Notes under the pieces: model-generated | What the model saw: only the letters and a program-made list of their open reading frames with translations | What the model was told of the DNA's origin: nothing | Databases searched by the model: none | Program-made: the position numbers and the translations under genes | Assembly (NCBI RefSeq): GCF_004010195.1 | Contig: NC_057719.1 | Location: 27,295,380-27,352,015 of the forward strand | Reading direction: 5' to 3' | From: Chiloscyllium plagiosum | Lineage: Eukaryota | Length of the DNA: 56,636 nt | Shown: positions 1 through 13,521 of the stretch, one piece after another | Layout: each line of letters starts with the position of its first letter | Numbering within the stretch: position 1 is the stretch's first letter

Positions 1-135
1 TTTATTCCTGATGAAGGGCTTTTGCCCGAAACGTCGATTTTGCCTGTCCTCGGATGCTGCCTGAATTGCTGTGCTCTTCCAGCACCACTGATCCAGAATC
101 TGGTTTCCAGCATCTGCAGTCATTGTTTTTACCTC
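1..135 (+). mobile_element. Penelope-like element 3' end / short non-autonomous copy with minimal hammerhead motif
   Basis: CTGATGA-A-GGGC-TTTT-GCCC-GAAAC-GTC at 8-35 followed by gatgctgcctga...ttccagca...ccagcatctgcagtc; the same sequence follows the GIY-YIG ORF at 37801-37856 and recurs at 21180 and 46040. Confidence 0.8.
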
Positions 136-416
136 ACAGTGTCACATCCTAACTTGAAGCCATTTTGTTGTGTTATTTTAAATTGAAAAGCCATTTTGTG
201 GTTAATAAAAGCCTATATATACTTGTTGCTCCTGACAACAGCCTAAATTTAAATTTTAAAGCCTCACTGTTACACTCCAACTCCTTTGAAATAACGGCCA
301 ACAATCCATTAGGCTTCCTGATTACCTGTGTGCCAGCTTTCTGTGTTTCGTACACACGTACCCACAAGTCCCTTTTTATTGCAGCTTTCTTAATTTAAAT
401 AATACTCTGTTCTTTT

Positions 417-716
417 GATTTGATTAGATTAGATTCCCTATAGTGTTGAAACAGGCCCTTCAGCCCAACCAGTCCACACTGACCCGCCAAACAGCAATCC
501 ACCCAGACCCATTTCCCTCTGACTAATGCACCTAACACTATGGGTAATTTACCATGGCCAATTCACTTGACCTGCACATCTTTGGATTGTGGAGGAAACC
601 GAAGCACGCGGAGGAAACCCACGCAGACAATGTGCAAACTCCACACAGTCAGTCGCCGAGGCTGGACTCTGGTGCTGTGAGGAATGCAGTGCTAACCACT
701 GAGCCACTGTGCTGTG
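417..716 (-). mobile_element. tRNA-derived SINE (HE1/V-SINE type)
   Basis: Minus strand reads gcacagtggctcagtggttagcactg (A box), then the V-domain gtgtggagtttgcacatt...gcgtgggtttcctcc and a CR1-like tail ending (aatct)n; homologous to 17151, 34231 and 52852. Confidence 0.85.
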
Positions 717-2275
717 CAATCTCCCTTTTGTTCTCCCTTCCAAACTGTTATGGATTTGGATGCTTCCTTTGAAGAAAAAGATGTTGTCTTTCATTTACAC
801 AAAAACCCTTCATATCCCTCATACACTCTATGTATTGCTTTCACATTTACAGTAGTACTTATCTCTGGTCTCTTAGTTATAGTTAAAGCTACAAATTGAT
901 CTGTGACCTTTTCCTTTCCGGACTCAATCTTATGAGCTCCCTTGGGTTTCCCTTGCAATTTCCTGAATTCTGTATGTCTGACCTTGTTACAATGGTAACA
1001 CCTCAGTGTCCAATTTTCACCTCTACCCTCAGCACTTCCTCTTCTGATTTGAGAAGGAAACACTAGGGCATTCTGGCTATTCATTTCTTACCTTAGCTAT
1101 TAGTCTTCCTTTCCCTCGACTATCTTATATTCATTTTAAACTTAGGTGGGTGACAGAAAACTTTTGTTTTGATGAGGTCAAAATGACTAGCCATTACTGC
1201 TATTTGTTTTATAGTTGCAATATTTTGGTCCTTAATGTGGATTCTTATTGTGAAAGGTTGTGAGTTTTTATATACTTCTAAGAGAACAACCTGTCTAAGA
1301 ACTTCTAATGTTTGGAGCCACTGATAAAATTACTTGGCTTAACCTTTTAAATCCAGTATAGATTTGATCCAACTGTTTACTTTAAAATTTTGCATCTTTG
1401 TCTATTTGCTCAGGTGCTAATTCAAAAGGGCACTCAGATCAAAATACTGTGTAAGAATATGGAGAAAAGGCAGGAGACTGGCACTAAATAATGATGCTCA
1501 TTTGGGTTGAATAACTCCTTCTGTGCCACAATTCTGTGATTCTGCATCCAATATGACTTTCTTTTCAGAATTATCATCTAAATTTCCTGTGCTTTACCCA
1601 TCAACTACTGAGCAATGTCCCATCCTGCTTGTCCAATTCATTTGTTAACCATTTTATCAAATAACATGAAGAATGTCACCACATCATTTTCCTCATATTT
1701 TTAAGGCTTGTGCAATCGCAAGTGTTTCTCCACTAGACTTCAAATTCTCCCCACTAAGTCCTGCATTGTTACTTGACGTGTACTTCAACTATATCCTTTT
1801 AAGCTTATATTCATGTTCCCTTACTTTTTCTTCTCTTTTCAATTCTAATTCTAGTTTTCTCATTTCCATTGTTTCAATTCCATTTTATTTTCTTTATCTT
1901 CCACTGCTCTTTCTTTATCTTTTATTTTCCATCTCCAGTATTTTTGATTCTCTCCTCGTGCTCAAGTTGTTTTGTCTATAACTGATTCCAAAGTTTCAAT
2001 AATTGTTTTCACTTCTGTAGCTCCTCTAACCCCAAGAGCCATCCAAATACATCAATTATCTCTGCCATCCTAATTCTGCCTTCTTAAACCCCCAGTTACC
2101 TGCTAAATTATCGACCTGGTCTGTGAACGTTCCCTTAAGGCAGCCAGAGGCATCTTTGACACCTGCAGGAAATCCTCTGCCCTTTCCAATTCCATGTCTG
2201 AAATGGAGGACAGAACCTGGTGTTTTCCTTCACTTGTGTTATTTATTTATGCCACACCCAAATCCTCATTGTTTC

Positions 2276-3168
2276 TGTTTCAAATCAATCCTGGACGATT
2301 TGATCACTGGAAATCAAGGCCTACTATTCTGTAATCATTATAGAATTAAAGATTTTAAAAAGTATACAGAATTCCCCAATTTACCTATCTTTTAGACCAG
2401 TTTGAAAAAAAAAGACCAGGTCTGTACTAGACAACAATGACCATTTATTACAAATAAGTAAATTATAAGTACAAATAAATAATTATGAATTGTCAACATG
2501 TACCTCCACTCATAAAATTATAACCCATTTATAAACTTGCCCTCTACTCACACAGATACAGACAGGAAAAAAAAGATATGGGTGTTATGGGTAGAGGAAA
2601 AGACTGGGAAAGGGACTGAGATGGTCCTTTTGGCTCATGTTGCTATATGATTCTTTTTCTCTAGATACTTTAACTTGTTTGTAGAAGAAATAGCGTGACT
2701 GGTTCACACATAAAGTCTCTGGCTTACTCAGTGAGAACCAAAGTTTACAGCAACTGCTGAGTTAAAAAAAAACAACTAGTTTTCTTCACGCTTAAGATGA
2801 TTTTTTTTTTCTGAAATGCACAGAAACAGCTCCTACCTTGCAAGGAACTGTGGCTTCTCCCAAACATCCACACCATTCAGCTACCTGGGAGCCAATCACA
2901 TAATTATTGCTAGTAGGCTGGAGGCCCTTAGCATCAATAACCATCACTAATCTATAGTGCAGATAGCTCTGCCAAATGTTCATTAATCCCTGGCTCCCAC
3001 TACTGCTTGATCAGGCTGTGTAACAGCATTAACAATGAGTGTCAGATTACTTGCTTTAAAAATTGCAGCAATCTTTCAACAATCCTTGATTTATAAACCA
3101 GTTATTTTCCCTTTCAATACACAATCAAAAATACAGAAAAATAGGAACCGATATGGGTTTATGCAACA
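2276..3168 (-). mobile_element. Putative decayed solo LTR
   Basis: Reverse complement of ~2300-2610 aligns by eye with 34770-35100 and 53970-54140 (tttcctct.cccataa, tgtctgtatctgtgtg, ctggtct, ggtaaattg, ttgatttcca); tentative TG...CA ends; no TSD found. Confidence 0.45.
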
Positions 3169-3986
3169 TCAAAAGTGAAAACTCAGCAGACCCGGCAGCA
3201 TCTGTGGAAGAAGAAGCCAGCACAACTTGCAAAAACAGACGTATGTTTGATACTGACAAGGGAAACTCCTTCAATCAATCATTTGAGGGAATGTGAAAAC
3301 AAACCAAGATATTGAAAAATTGAAAAACTAAACAGATTTTTAACTGACACTAGACTAAAAGAAATTAACAAATTCTAAAATGGTTAGCTGATATTGACAA
3401 AGTCTTTTTATATCATGTGTCAGGGATTGAAAACTGATTAGCTGCAATACCCTTGTGGACTGGTTGTTCTGCTACAAGATTACAGGATTTATTCTTAACT
3501 TTAGAATAGCTTATCCACTATTACTGTTACAGGAGTTTCACTTTTCACGATACTTTTAAAATAATAGCATTTATTTCACTATATAGATTGCTGACTTTTT
3601 AAGGGCAAACGTTTTAAACATATTGTCTGATACGTGTCTCCCCATGAAAAGTTAACTCAACATAAAACTTGTGGTAATGTCAGAAAACAAAAAGAAGTGG
3701 TCTCAACCCATTTTAATTAATACACATGATGCATTAATTTCACGTGATTTAAAATCCCTTTGCTTTTATTTTGGAAAATGATTTTAAGACTCCCAACATC
3801 AGATGCAAACCATTCCGGGTGGGTTTGTTTGTAAGATGGTCAATATTATTTCCCATGAGATTTGTTACTATAATAAACTATTTGCTAGCAAATTACTTAG
3901 AATATGTACCTTAAATGGATTCATTTTAGTAATTCTTGGATTCATTATAATTGTCTCTGCTGACCATTTATTTATGGTGAATTCAG

Positions 3987-4118
3987 TCAAAACAGACAGC
4001 CCATTTGTGCTAATCCTTCTTTGGACCTCAACAGTGACAGGAGTGAATTTGATCCACCACAGAACAGCCACTCAAGAAGTAGAACAAAATGATATGGAAT
4101 TGAAACCTCTTGAAGTGA
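3987..4118 (-). CDS. Candidate terminal coding exon of unidentified minus-strand gene (SLQEVSIPYHFVLLLEWLFCGGSNSLLSLLRSKEGLAQMGCLF*)
   Basis: Acceptor gccttatcagttttctttAG; open in phase 0 for 43 codons to TGA; phase matches the end of exon 14999-15096; unique-looking sequence. Confidence 0.45.
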   Translation of the reverse strand, partial: SLQEVSIPYHFVLLLEWLFCGGSNSLLSLLRSKEGLAQMGCLF

Positions 4119-5165
4119 CTAAAGAAAACTGATAAGGCAATGCTGTCATCTGACCATGATCTTCAACCAGAATATGAAAACGATCATGGATGACTCCCAT
4201 GTCAATCTATGACAATCTTCTCTGGGCGGGGGCATCATTTTACAAAGATTTTAGTACCACTGTGCAAATTCTGCATGAGCAATGATGAAATACAACTGCT
4301 TTGTTAATTATTTGAAAGTAAATACTGCAAAAGGCAGCACTATGATCTGCTGTCCAGAGGCACATCTTCTTTTGAAATATTATCACCAGTCACTGGTGGG
4401 GAACAAAGCCAACTTCATACAGATTTTTTGAGAATTCTGTTGTTGCTCACACACCAACATATCCTCTTGTCTGTCATTGTTTTTAAGATTTGAAATTTCA
4501 GCAGTACTTGCCGAGCCTTAGATCAGAACAGTTGACTTGTTGTGGCAATTAATCACCCTTCAGTATGGGCATTATTTGTGAATGTTTCGTTTTTTAGACA
4601 GAGAGAATGTAACAGGATCAGTAAAAATTTCACAACTGCACAAATTGAAGACTTTAATGAATAAACATTCACACATCATGTTACAACAATTGACAATTAC
4701 AGATCATACTGATCCCAATTGTCAAACATACTTCACCTATTTGGAATGCCGAAGAATTCTTTCATATAAGGGGAAGGTATAAAGAAAAATTAACAAATGA
4801 ATACACAAATTAAGGTGTTAAATTTTAAGCCAACCAAACAATATAAGAATCTGAAATGTTTCCTGGACCAAACTATTAAACAGTGTTAAAAATAGTTAGA
4901 GAGGTGTAAATGACCTTGTTAGATTATTTACCAGGAAACAGATTGTTTGAAAATGTAGAATTCTGTCTTTCATGAGATTGGACAAGAAATAATAGTAGCT
5001 TTCTTCTAGACCCATAGATAGCAGTAAGAAATGTCTTTGATACAGAACAGCCATGTTTTAACTGCACATAGTATTGACATCAGAAAATGATTTTCCCTAT
5101 CTTAAAGTAAGACTCAGGCAAAGACACTTCATCTTATTAAGTAATCATACTGGACTGTGAGTGTT

Positions 5166-5280
5166 ATGGATGTAAGTTGGCTCGCTGAGCTGGAAGGTTC
5201 ATTTCCAAATGTTTCATTTGGTAACATTTTCAGTGGGTCTCCAGGCAAAGTCATGTTCTTGAATGTTTGCTTTTCCTATG
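5166..5280 (-). mobile_element. Degraded Penelope 3'-end fragment (family of 9354 and 54881)
   Basis: gatgtaagttggctcgctgagctggaaggttc...ggtaacattttcagtg matches 9354-9430 and 54881-54960. Confidence 0.65.
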
Positions 5281-6869
5281 GGTCCATTTGAAGATTACTT
5301 TTAAAATTAAAGTACAAATGTTATGTAATAACTGTCTTTGACCACATGCCCTATGACATTGTACTTATTGCAGTAATGTAATCCAGAATTTATCCTTATA
5401 ATACATATATATAAAGTATTAAATTGCTGCAATCTCACACTTAGTTCCTACATTCCCATAAACAGATAAGTTTATGTTGGAATTCTCAAGTTTGGATTTC
5501 ACGTATTGATTTTGGTTAACTTAGACAGGTTATTTCTGCAATAATACACCTCTAATTATTTTCTGTCCTGCAATACTTTTGCTACATCGAAAAGTCCTGA
5601 GCCAGGTCAGGTGGAATAATTCACTGTAAAACCATCTTATAACTAGTAATGCAGATTCAGTAACCTTAATGATCTAAAATCTCCCCTTGCTGAGGTTTTG
5701 TCATGATGACAGGTTTACCTTGCCAGGGCAGACAAAAGTGCAAAACCACCAACTCTGATGCTGCTTGGCTGGCAGCACTGGGCAGGGGGTGTTTACCACC
5801 AGAGGGCCTGATTTCCAGGGAAGGTTTAAGTCTCTGACAGACATTTTATTCCATCAGGTCCTTATATGGGACTCCTGTCATCAAGAGTAAATTTCTATCT
5901 TCAGTGTATCTTATTGCATAGACATTCACAACTCACAACAGCATAAAAGCAATGGCAAACACCAGTCTAAAATCATTCCTTGCTCACTGGTGTTCAGCAG
6001 AAAACATTAATATAGCCAAACTTCAACAATAATAGGTGGCTACCTTTGTAGCTGAAACACAAGTCTCAAGGAGGCACAGCTGGTGGCTGCATTTGATATC
6101 CAGTGTAGAAACGCAATCCGAGAAAGATAGGGCACCATACAGTTCCCATGCAAGGAAATTACATCTCTTCAAAAAAAAAGACAGCTGCAAACAATTGAAG
6201 CAGTCCTCAGCTTGCTGTGTGATGACAAAGAGCGTTCTTGAATAGAGTATTCATTTTCGACAGCACTTCACAATTACTTGTGCTGAGAAAATTGGTGTCT
6301 TTATGTTTGATTCCGCAAATGTTTTAACAACTTTTGCAGTGTGTGCTAATGGTTCGATTTTTCTCCTCCCTTGCTCTTTAGCTGAATGTTATTGCAAGTT
6401 GCTAGAAATGAGAGGTTAAGGAGGCTTCTAAAACAATGGGAACAACAGCCTATCTCCTTAACCATGAGAATTAAAGGTAGAAAAAGAAGAATAACAGTGA
6501 AGGAAATAGGGGTTAATTAGAGTGAAATAAAGAGAGAGAGGGAGAGAGTTTTATTTTCTTCATGCCTAAAGACTCATAATAAAAATCACAAGGGTGAGAG
6601 ATCTTTGGTGGTAATTACTTGTATCACTTCAGATTCCATTGCAATGTACATTTTCTGATTTTATTTAAATTTGGTCTTGCATAAATTATCTAACTGCCAT
6701 ATTGCACTTCATTCAACATTAATTTTTCCTTTAAGTTTTAGTAATCTTTTTAAATCTTCAAATCAATATATATATTTATAGTAAATGAAACAATCACTGT
6801 TATTTTTACTAAATACTGGAGGGAAAGTGGGGCATGAGTGCTTTCACTCAAACATGTAAGTCTCCAAGA

Positions 6870-7799
6870 GTTATGCAAAGCATAGCAAAGTTTGTGGATG
6901 ATACTAAAATAGGTGGGAAAGCAGGCAGTGATGAGGAAATAAGGAGTTTATAGAAGGATATTGATAGGCTAGGAGAACGGGCCAAAAACCAGCAGATGGA
7001 GTTTAATGTGCAAAGGTGCAAGGTTGTCCATTTTGGCCAGAAAAATAAAAGAATAAATTATTATGTAAATGTGAAGCAGATTCAAAGTGTATCAGCGTAG
7101 AAGGATCTGGGAGTCTTTGAGCATAAGAGGGTATGCAGATGGAACGTATAATAAGACAGGCAAATGGAATCCTGACATTTATTGCAAAAGAACTGGATTA
7201 TTAAAGTAAAGAAGTGTTGTTGCAATTATATAAGGCATTGATGAGACCACAACTGGAAAAATGTGTCCAGTTCTCATCTCCTTATTTGAGGAAGGATGTG
7301 ATAGCACTGGAGACAGCTCAGAGGAGGTTGATTCCAGGGATGAGAGGGCTGTTGTACAAGGATGGGTTGAACAATTTGGGCTTGCACTTGCTGGAGTTCA
7401 GAAAAATGAAAGGAGATCTGACTGAGGCATAGAAAATGCTAAAGGTGACAGATGAGATGGACATTTGAATAGATATTCCCCCTTGTGAGACAGTCTCAAA
7501 CAAGAAGTCATAGAACGAGAGGAGGTCGGTTCAAAACTGAGATGAGGAGAAACTACTTCTCTCAGATGGTTGTGAATGTGTGGAACTCACTGCCCCAGTG
7601 TGCAGAGGAAGCAGTATCAATCAACAGATTTAACAAAGACATAGATATGTTTCTGGTGAAAAGTGGGATGAAGGGCTGTGGGGAGCAGATAGGAAAGTGG
7701 AGTTGAGGCCAGAATAAGATCAGTCATGATCATGTTAAATGGCAGAGCAGGCCTCAAAGGCTGTATTGCTTACCCCTGCATCTCATTCCCAAGTTCTTA
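6870..7799 (+). mobile_element. CR1 LINE, 5'-truncated, decayed
   Basis: KFVDDTK (YADD-equivalent motif) at ~6887; LLQLYKALMRPQLEKCVQFSSPYLRKD; NVWNSLP; CR1 3' UTR. Confidence 0.9.
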
Positions 7800-7809
7800 C
7801 ACAGTCATT

Positions 7810-8490
7810 TTTCAAAGAAAATTGCATTCATATGTCATTCCCAATGCACAGAGAGGCACCACTTAAATGTTTTAAACAGCCTTAAGTATTTGTATAGAAC
7901 CTTGAACACAATCAAACATTCCAAGGCATGTCACAGGAGAGATTTGACGATGATTTACCAAAGTGTGAAAACCAGCCGCATAAGGAAACATTGGGATTGA
8001 TGACCAAGTGCTTGGACAGGGGTACTTTTATAATAATCTTACAAAAGGGAGAGAGGGAGCAAGATTTAAGAGTGGTAATTTCTGAACCTTGGGTTAAAGT
8101 TTAACTGAAGACTTGCTCACCATACTGGAGTGATTAACGTCAGCAATGCACAAGAGGCAAGAATTGGGAATGCAGATAACTTGGAGGATGTAGAGCTGAA
8201 AGATGTTAAAAAGATGGTGACGAATGAGACTATGGAGGGACTTGAAAGCAAAGGAAGAATTTTAAAATTGAGGCCCTCAGAATAGGAGGAGGTGAGGTCA
8301 GAGACCACTGGGATGATAGGTGAATGGGAGTTCGTGTGAGTCAGGAAAATGGATAACAAGCTGCTTGGTTGACTTCAAATTTATAAAATGTGCAAGATAA
8401 GAAACTGACCATGCTGGAAAACATTGATCAAGCCTGGAGGTAACAAAGGCATGGATGAGGGTTTCAGCAGTAGGTGAACTGAGAGCAAGC
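7810..8490 (-). mobile_element. L2 LINE 3' fragment
   Basis: Minus-strand LSSPTAETLIHAFVTSRLD and downstream SPIIPV...FKIL, typical of the L2 ORF2 C-terminus. Confidence 0.75.
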
Positions 8491-9353
8491 TTTGGTTTCT
8501 CACAAGCAAAAAAGGAAAAGAGGATCGGCAAACAGGAGGGTAAAGCAGAAAGTAGGAGTGGGTGTAAACATACAGCCATAGATATTAAGCAGTCATTTAA
8601 AATATGCAAACAGAGAGCAAGGTGAGGGGATTTATGTGGAGTGGCAGGGCGGGAAGGCAAGATTTCAAGAGGGAAGCAGCACACAGACTAAAAAGGTAGC
8701 CAGCATTTGTGAATTCTTGCAAGAGGTTACATCAAGCTTTAACCCAAATGGATCCCAACGCTGAGCCACTTATCTACTTCATCTTCCTTTGTTGCTCACT
8801 ATGTATTGATTACCTGTTCAAGTTCGCAGAGGAGCATTTATATAGCAGACTGATGAGCTGTTCACATGTTCAGGGAGTGGAAGGAAAAGGCAGTGGCTGG
8901 AGATCACTCACTTGAGGGAAGAAAGGAAGCTGGAGATGAGTAGTAAATAATAGACAGGAACTATGAGAGTGTAACAAAAAAATAGAGAATGTGGAGAAAT
9001 AGAAGCTCAAGGACAGAGGAGAGAAAGACAGAGGACTTAGGAAATTTAGGAAGCTAGCAAAGAAAGAAATGATGGAAAACAGAAAAAGAGTAGTAGATAG
9101 GCTGACATTCCTGAACTAGCCTCAGGCAAACTCCCATCAAGCACAAGTCAGTAATGTTATTGTGGGAAACTGATAAATGGAGGTCACTGTCCCCAGATCA
9201 GAGCAGCAAAGAAGTATAAGAGTTGTGTAAGTGGAATCACCATGGTTGAAATGAAATCTGAAAGCTTTCACTGTAGCATCTTCGAAAGATTCTCAGAAAG
9301 AATAAAATGATTTTAACAATATATGGTCACATAATTAAAATAACATGAATGCT

Positions 9354-9912
9354 GCATGTATGTTTTCTCACTGAGCTGGAAGGTTCGGTTTCCGACGTTT
9401 TATTACCATACGAGATAACATCATCAGTGAGCCTTCAGATGAAGCACTCTTGGTATGGCCCACTTTTTATTTATGTGTTTAGGTTTCCTTGGGTTGGTGA
9501 TGTCTTTCCTGTGGTGACGTCATTTCTGTTCTTTTACTCAGAGGATAATACATGAGATCCAAGTCAATGTGTTTGTTGATCGAGTTCAGTTTGGAATACC
9601 ATGCTTCTCAGAATTTTCGCACGTGTCTCTGTTTGGCTCGTCCTTGGGTGGATGTGTTGTCCCAGTCGAAGTGGTGTCCTTCCTCATCTGTATGTAAAGA
9701 TACTAGTGAGAGTGGGTCATGTCTTTTTGTGGCTAGTTGATGTTCATTATCTTGGTGGCTAGTTTTCTGCTTGTTTGTCCAATTGTTTGTTTATTACAGT
9801 TCTTGCAAGGTATTTTGTAAATGGCATTAATTTTGCTTGTTGTCTGTATGGAGTCCTTCAAGTTCATTAGCTGCTGTTTTCATGTGTTTGTCTGCTACCA
9901 TGATGCCAAGAC
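9354..9912 (-). mobile_element. Penelope-like element 3' part with decayed GIY-YIG endonuclease and hammerhead remnant
   Basis: Minus-strand translation NAIYKIPCKNCNKQTIGQTSRKLATKI/EHQLATKRHDPLSLVSLHTDEEGHHFDWDN...F*EAWYS; CTGATGA...AAAACGTC at 9392-9429. Confidence 0.85.
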
Positions 9913-10005
9913 CTGCCAATTATTGACACTAAGCGGTCCACCCCTGCCTGGGGCTAAGCAGGCTACACAGCTGTGGCCCTTGATGAATAGCCTTGGCTTT
10001 CAGTG

Positions 10006-10888
10006 AACAGATCACAGACGTAAGACTGACTGGTCTGTAATTGCCAGGAATTTCCCTATTACCTTTCTTGAAAAGAGGAACAACATTGGCCTCCTTCCAA
10101 TCCTCCAGGACAACTCCCGTGGAGAGTGAGGAAGCAAAGATCTTCGCCAGCGGCTTAGTAATCTCCTTTCTTGCTTCCCGGAGCAGCCTAGGATAAATCT
10201 GGTCTGGATAAATCTGGGGACTTATCAATCTTAATGTTTGCCAAAATTTCCAGATCAACTTCATCAATCTTGATCTGTTCAAGCCTGTATCCCAGCTCCT
10301 CAACGTTTTCATTCACAAGGTCCCTTTCCTTAGTGAAAACCAAAGCAAAAAACTCATTTAGGGCTTCCCCTATCTACTCAGTCTCCACGCACAAGTTCTC
10401 TACGCTATCCCTGATTGGCCCTACCTTCTCCCTGATCATTCTCTTCTTCCTCATGTATGAGTAAAATGCCTTTGGGTTTTCCTTAATCCTTCCTGCCAAG
10501 CCTTTCTAGTGCCCCCTCCTGGCTCTCCTCTGTCCATTTCTGAGCTCCTTTCTAGCAAGCCCATAATGCTCTTAAGCTGTGCTAGATCCTTGCTTCCTCC
10601 ACCTTACATAAGCTTCCCTTTTCCTTTTGATGAGAAGCTCCTCTGTTCTCGTCATCCAAGGTTCCTTAATCTTACTCCTTCTTACCTGTCTCAGAGGAAC
10701 AAATTTGTGCATCACTCGCAACAACTGCTCTTTAAACAGTCTCCACATGTCTGTGCCTTTTCTGTGGAACAATTGCTCCAGTCTGTACTTCCCAACTCCT
10801 GTTGATAGCGTCATAATTTCCTTTGCCCCAATTAAATATCTTCCTATGGTAACTGCTCCTTTCCCTCTCCAAGGCTATGGTAAATGAT
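10006..10888 (-). mobile_element. CR1 LINE internal ORF2 fragment
   Basis: DQIYPRLLREARKEITKPLAKIF...EDWKEANVVPLFKKGNREIPGNYRPVSLTSV. Confidence 0.9.
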
Positions 10889-11534
10889 AAGGAACATCTT
10901 GAGAAATAATAGTAAAAGCTTCCATGCCAGGCTGGTGCAAAGTCTGCTATTGATCATGGGCTACAGGAGAAGGCTCTAACCCACGTCAGTTAAGATTCCC
11001 AGGTAATCATAGCCACAGGTTATATATCAAAAATTAGTTTTAAGTGAATAAGCATGAACAGATTTAATTGCATTCAGTTCAGGCAGATAGAACAGGCTCC
11101 CTTACAATTAACAGGAGAGTACTGAATTACTGGTGCTGGAGCTCAAGCCTGGAATGTGATTGAATAAGATGCATTGTGAAAGGCCCAGGATAAGTGATGA
11201 GGGGGTCTGATAAATATCATGAGATCATGGAATGATCCGAGGCTGTTGAGAGGCTAATCATACAGTCACTCAATTAAGCTGATTGGATGTGTACAAAATT
11301 AACTAATAATACAATTGGTTTGTAAGAGCCAAATGTGGGCTAAAAGCAAACATATAAAGTGTGTGTGTTTCTCTTTGTTCTGTGGAGAGGTCCCAGGACT
11401 GCCAAAGGCTTTCTCCCCATCCATGTCAGATAATAAATTCTTTGATGCTGCAAGTGGACCTGGGTGCCCAGTTTAGTCATTCTACCACAACACCTGTGTC
11501 TAGCATGAAATTTTTAAAAATGTTTTATGATACT

Positions 11535-13002
11535 TTGACAGAGACCTTTTAACCGATGTTTCCCCTGAACTTTAGCACAATAGTGATTTACTTGGCAAAT
11601 ATTTAAAAGAAAGGCAGAAAATTCAAATGAATACAAAATTGTCAGATTGCATTTGACAAATTGCATTGACAACTGCATTGGTTTTAGCAGCATCAAATTA
11701 CAAGAAGCCATTCAAACTGGCTGTTGATGCCAGCACTATCAATGTGGGTGCTATTTCACTACAAGATGAAATAGGTGTCAAATAGTCTGTCAGTTAGTTT
11801 TCAAAGAGATTGAATGCATGTTAATAGAAATATTAAAGAGAAATAGAGACATTGGGAGCTGTTTTGGCTCTACAGCAGTTTGAAATCCATGTCACCAATA
11901 ATGGTGAAGAAACTTATTTATATGGATAACAATCCTTTGATCAAGAAAATAACTTATGGTCATTTTGGTAGAATTTCGTCCTCCGGCATACAATTTGGAT
12001 ATCATTCAACTGCCTGTAAAGGCCATGTTATAATGGATGTCTCATTGAGAACATGTATGAAGGAAAATGAGCTCTGTAATTGAACTGGTTTGACCTAAAA
12101 CATGGTTGGCATGAAACTCATATGTTTAATGTCAATACATAACTGCTGCTATGTAACGTAAAAAAAGGAGTTAAAAGAATGATAAGAAATGAAAGCAATT
12201 AAGCAGATATTTTAATTCTTCTTTGAGGGAAGGAGTGATGAAAGGTATATGATTTATGATTAAAAACATTATGTTTAGAGTTTTAAACTATCGATTGTGG
12301 GTAGTTTTACTTCTGTGAAGAATTTTTTAAAAAGATCAGAAAGCAGGCAACTGAAAACTCACTAGAGAGTTAGTAGAAAATTGTTTACACTTTGAGCCTG
12401 CAGCAGGGGTTTAAACATTGAAAACAGTGGATTACCTTTTGTTTAAAGTAATCAAGGATTGATTTTAGTTTTGGAAAACCCAAGACTGGAAGATTTAAAA
12501 GCTAATTTGGAGGACCTAAAGAAAATATAGTTTCCCTCCTAAAAAGGAGAATAGGACAGTTCATGAAAAGCCCAATTACCTCGCTTTTAATGTTTGTTGT
12601 ATATGAAACCTCCAGACCAGGAGTATTTGATTAAAAATCTACTGATTACTAAAAGACTGAGGAAGTCTAAGCTTTCAGTTTTGCAAATATTCATCTGAGA
12701 AGACTTCAGAATTCACTTTGATGGCAAGGCTATAACTTCTTATTTACTGAGGGGTCCAGTAAAGTATAGGATTCTTAACAGGCTTTGAGCTTTCATGTAG
12801 TAGAATTCCTAAGAGGTTGATTTTCAGGTGAATTTGGAATTGGAACAGTGTGTTAAGATCTCCTTCTTTCACTGTATTATGACTACTTTCAGTGTATTGT
12901 GACTAATTATGTAGGTAGTTTCAAAAGCTTTCTGGTGGTACTCTGTCCTCAAACTGGTTTTATTGATTTTAAAAGCCAGCACAAAACATGGTTGTCTCAT
13001 CA
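11535..13002 (+). mobile_element. Gypsy LTR retrotransposon 3' remnant: RT-end/RNase H, PPT, 3' LTR
   Basis: Decayed PNFST...CQIAFDKL, VLAASNYKKPFKLAVDASTINVGAISLQDE...FSKRLN...LGAVLALQQFEIHV...DNNPL; purine tract gagggaaggag at 12225-12235 directly before TGATGA (12236); inverted end TCATCA at 12997-13002. Confidence 0.8.
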
Positions 13003-13039
13003 TGGAACCCCTTGTAAGTTCAGAGTTCCATTCTAAGTA

Positions 13040-13400
13040 TGCTAGGAGAAGAGTTAGGTCATTCAGCCCTTGAGAATGCTCAGCGCTTTCATAAGATCAT
13101 AGCTAAGCTTTTTGTTTTTCAAGTTCCAGTTTCCCATCTATCCCCAATAAATTTTAATTCCTTGCCTCACAAAAATGTAGTTGCCTCCATCTTAAAAAAT
13201 ATCCATTGGCTCTGCCTCCACCGCCTTCTGAGACAGAGAGCTCCCAAGCCAAACAATCCTCTGACAGCAAAAAACTTCCCCTCATCTCTGGCCTAAAGAA
13301 GCGACCCCTAGTTTAAAACAGTGACTCCTAGTTCTGGACTCACCCACAAGAGCAAACATCACTTTCACATTCATTTTGTCAAGGTCCTTTGGGATATTAT
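13040..13400 (-). mobile_element. CR1 3'-end fragment
   Basis: taggagaagagttaggtcattcagcccttgag...gatcatagct; similar to the CR1 3' ends at 24205 and 38872. Confidence 0.7.
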
Positions 13401-13521
13401 AGATTTTCTAGATATGTTACAGTATAGCCCGAGAGCAGAGTTTGAACTCAGCTCAACTAGCTCAGAAACAAGGACATTACCACTTACAATATGATGTACG
13501 TTAGTCAAACGGCATGTCTAT

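Noticed and set aside
3803..4132. 109-aa + strand hydrophobic ORF
   Set aside because: No recognisable family; low-complexity AT-rich start; antisense to the better-supported candidate exon 4118-3987.
10890..11492. Possible additional solo LTR ending ...acaaca with AATAAA at ~11432
   Set aside because: No 5' terminus, TSD or second copy could be identified.
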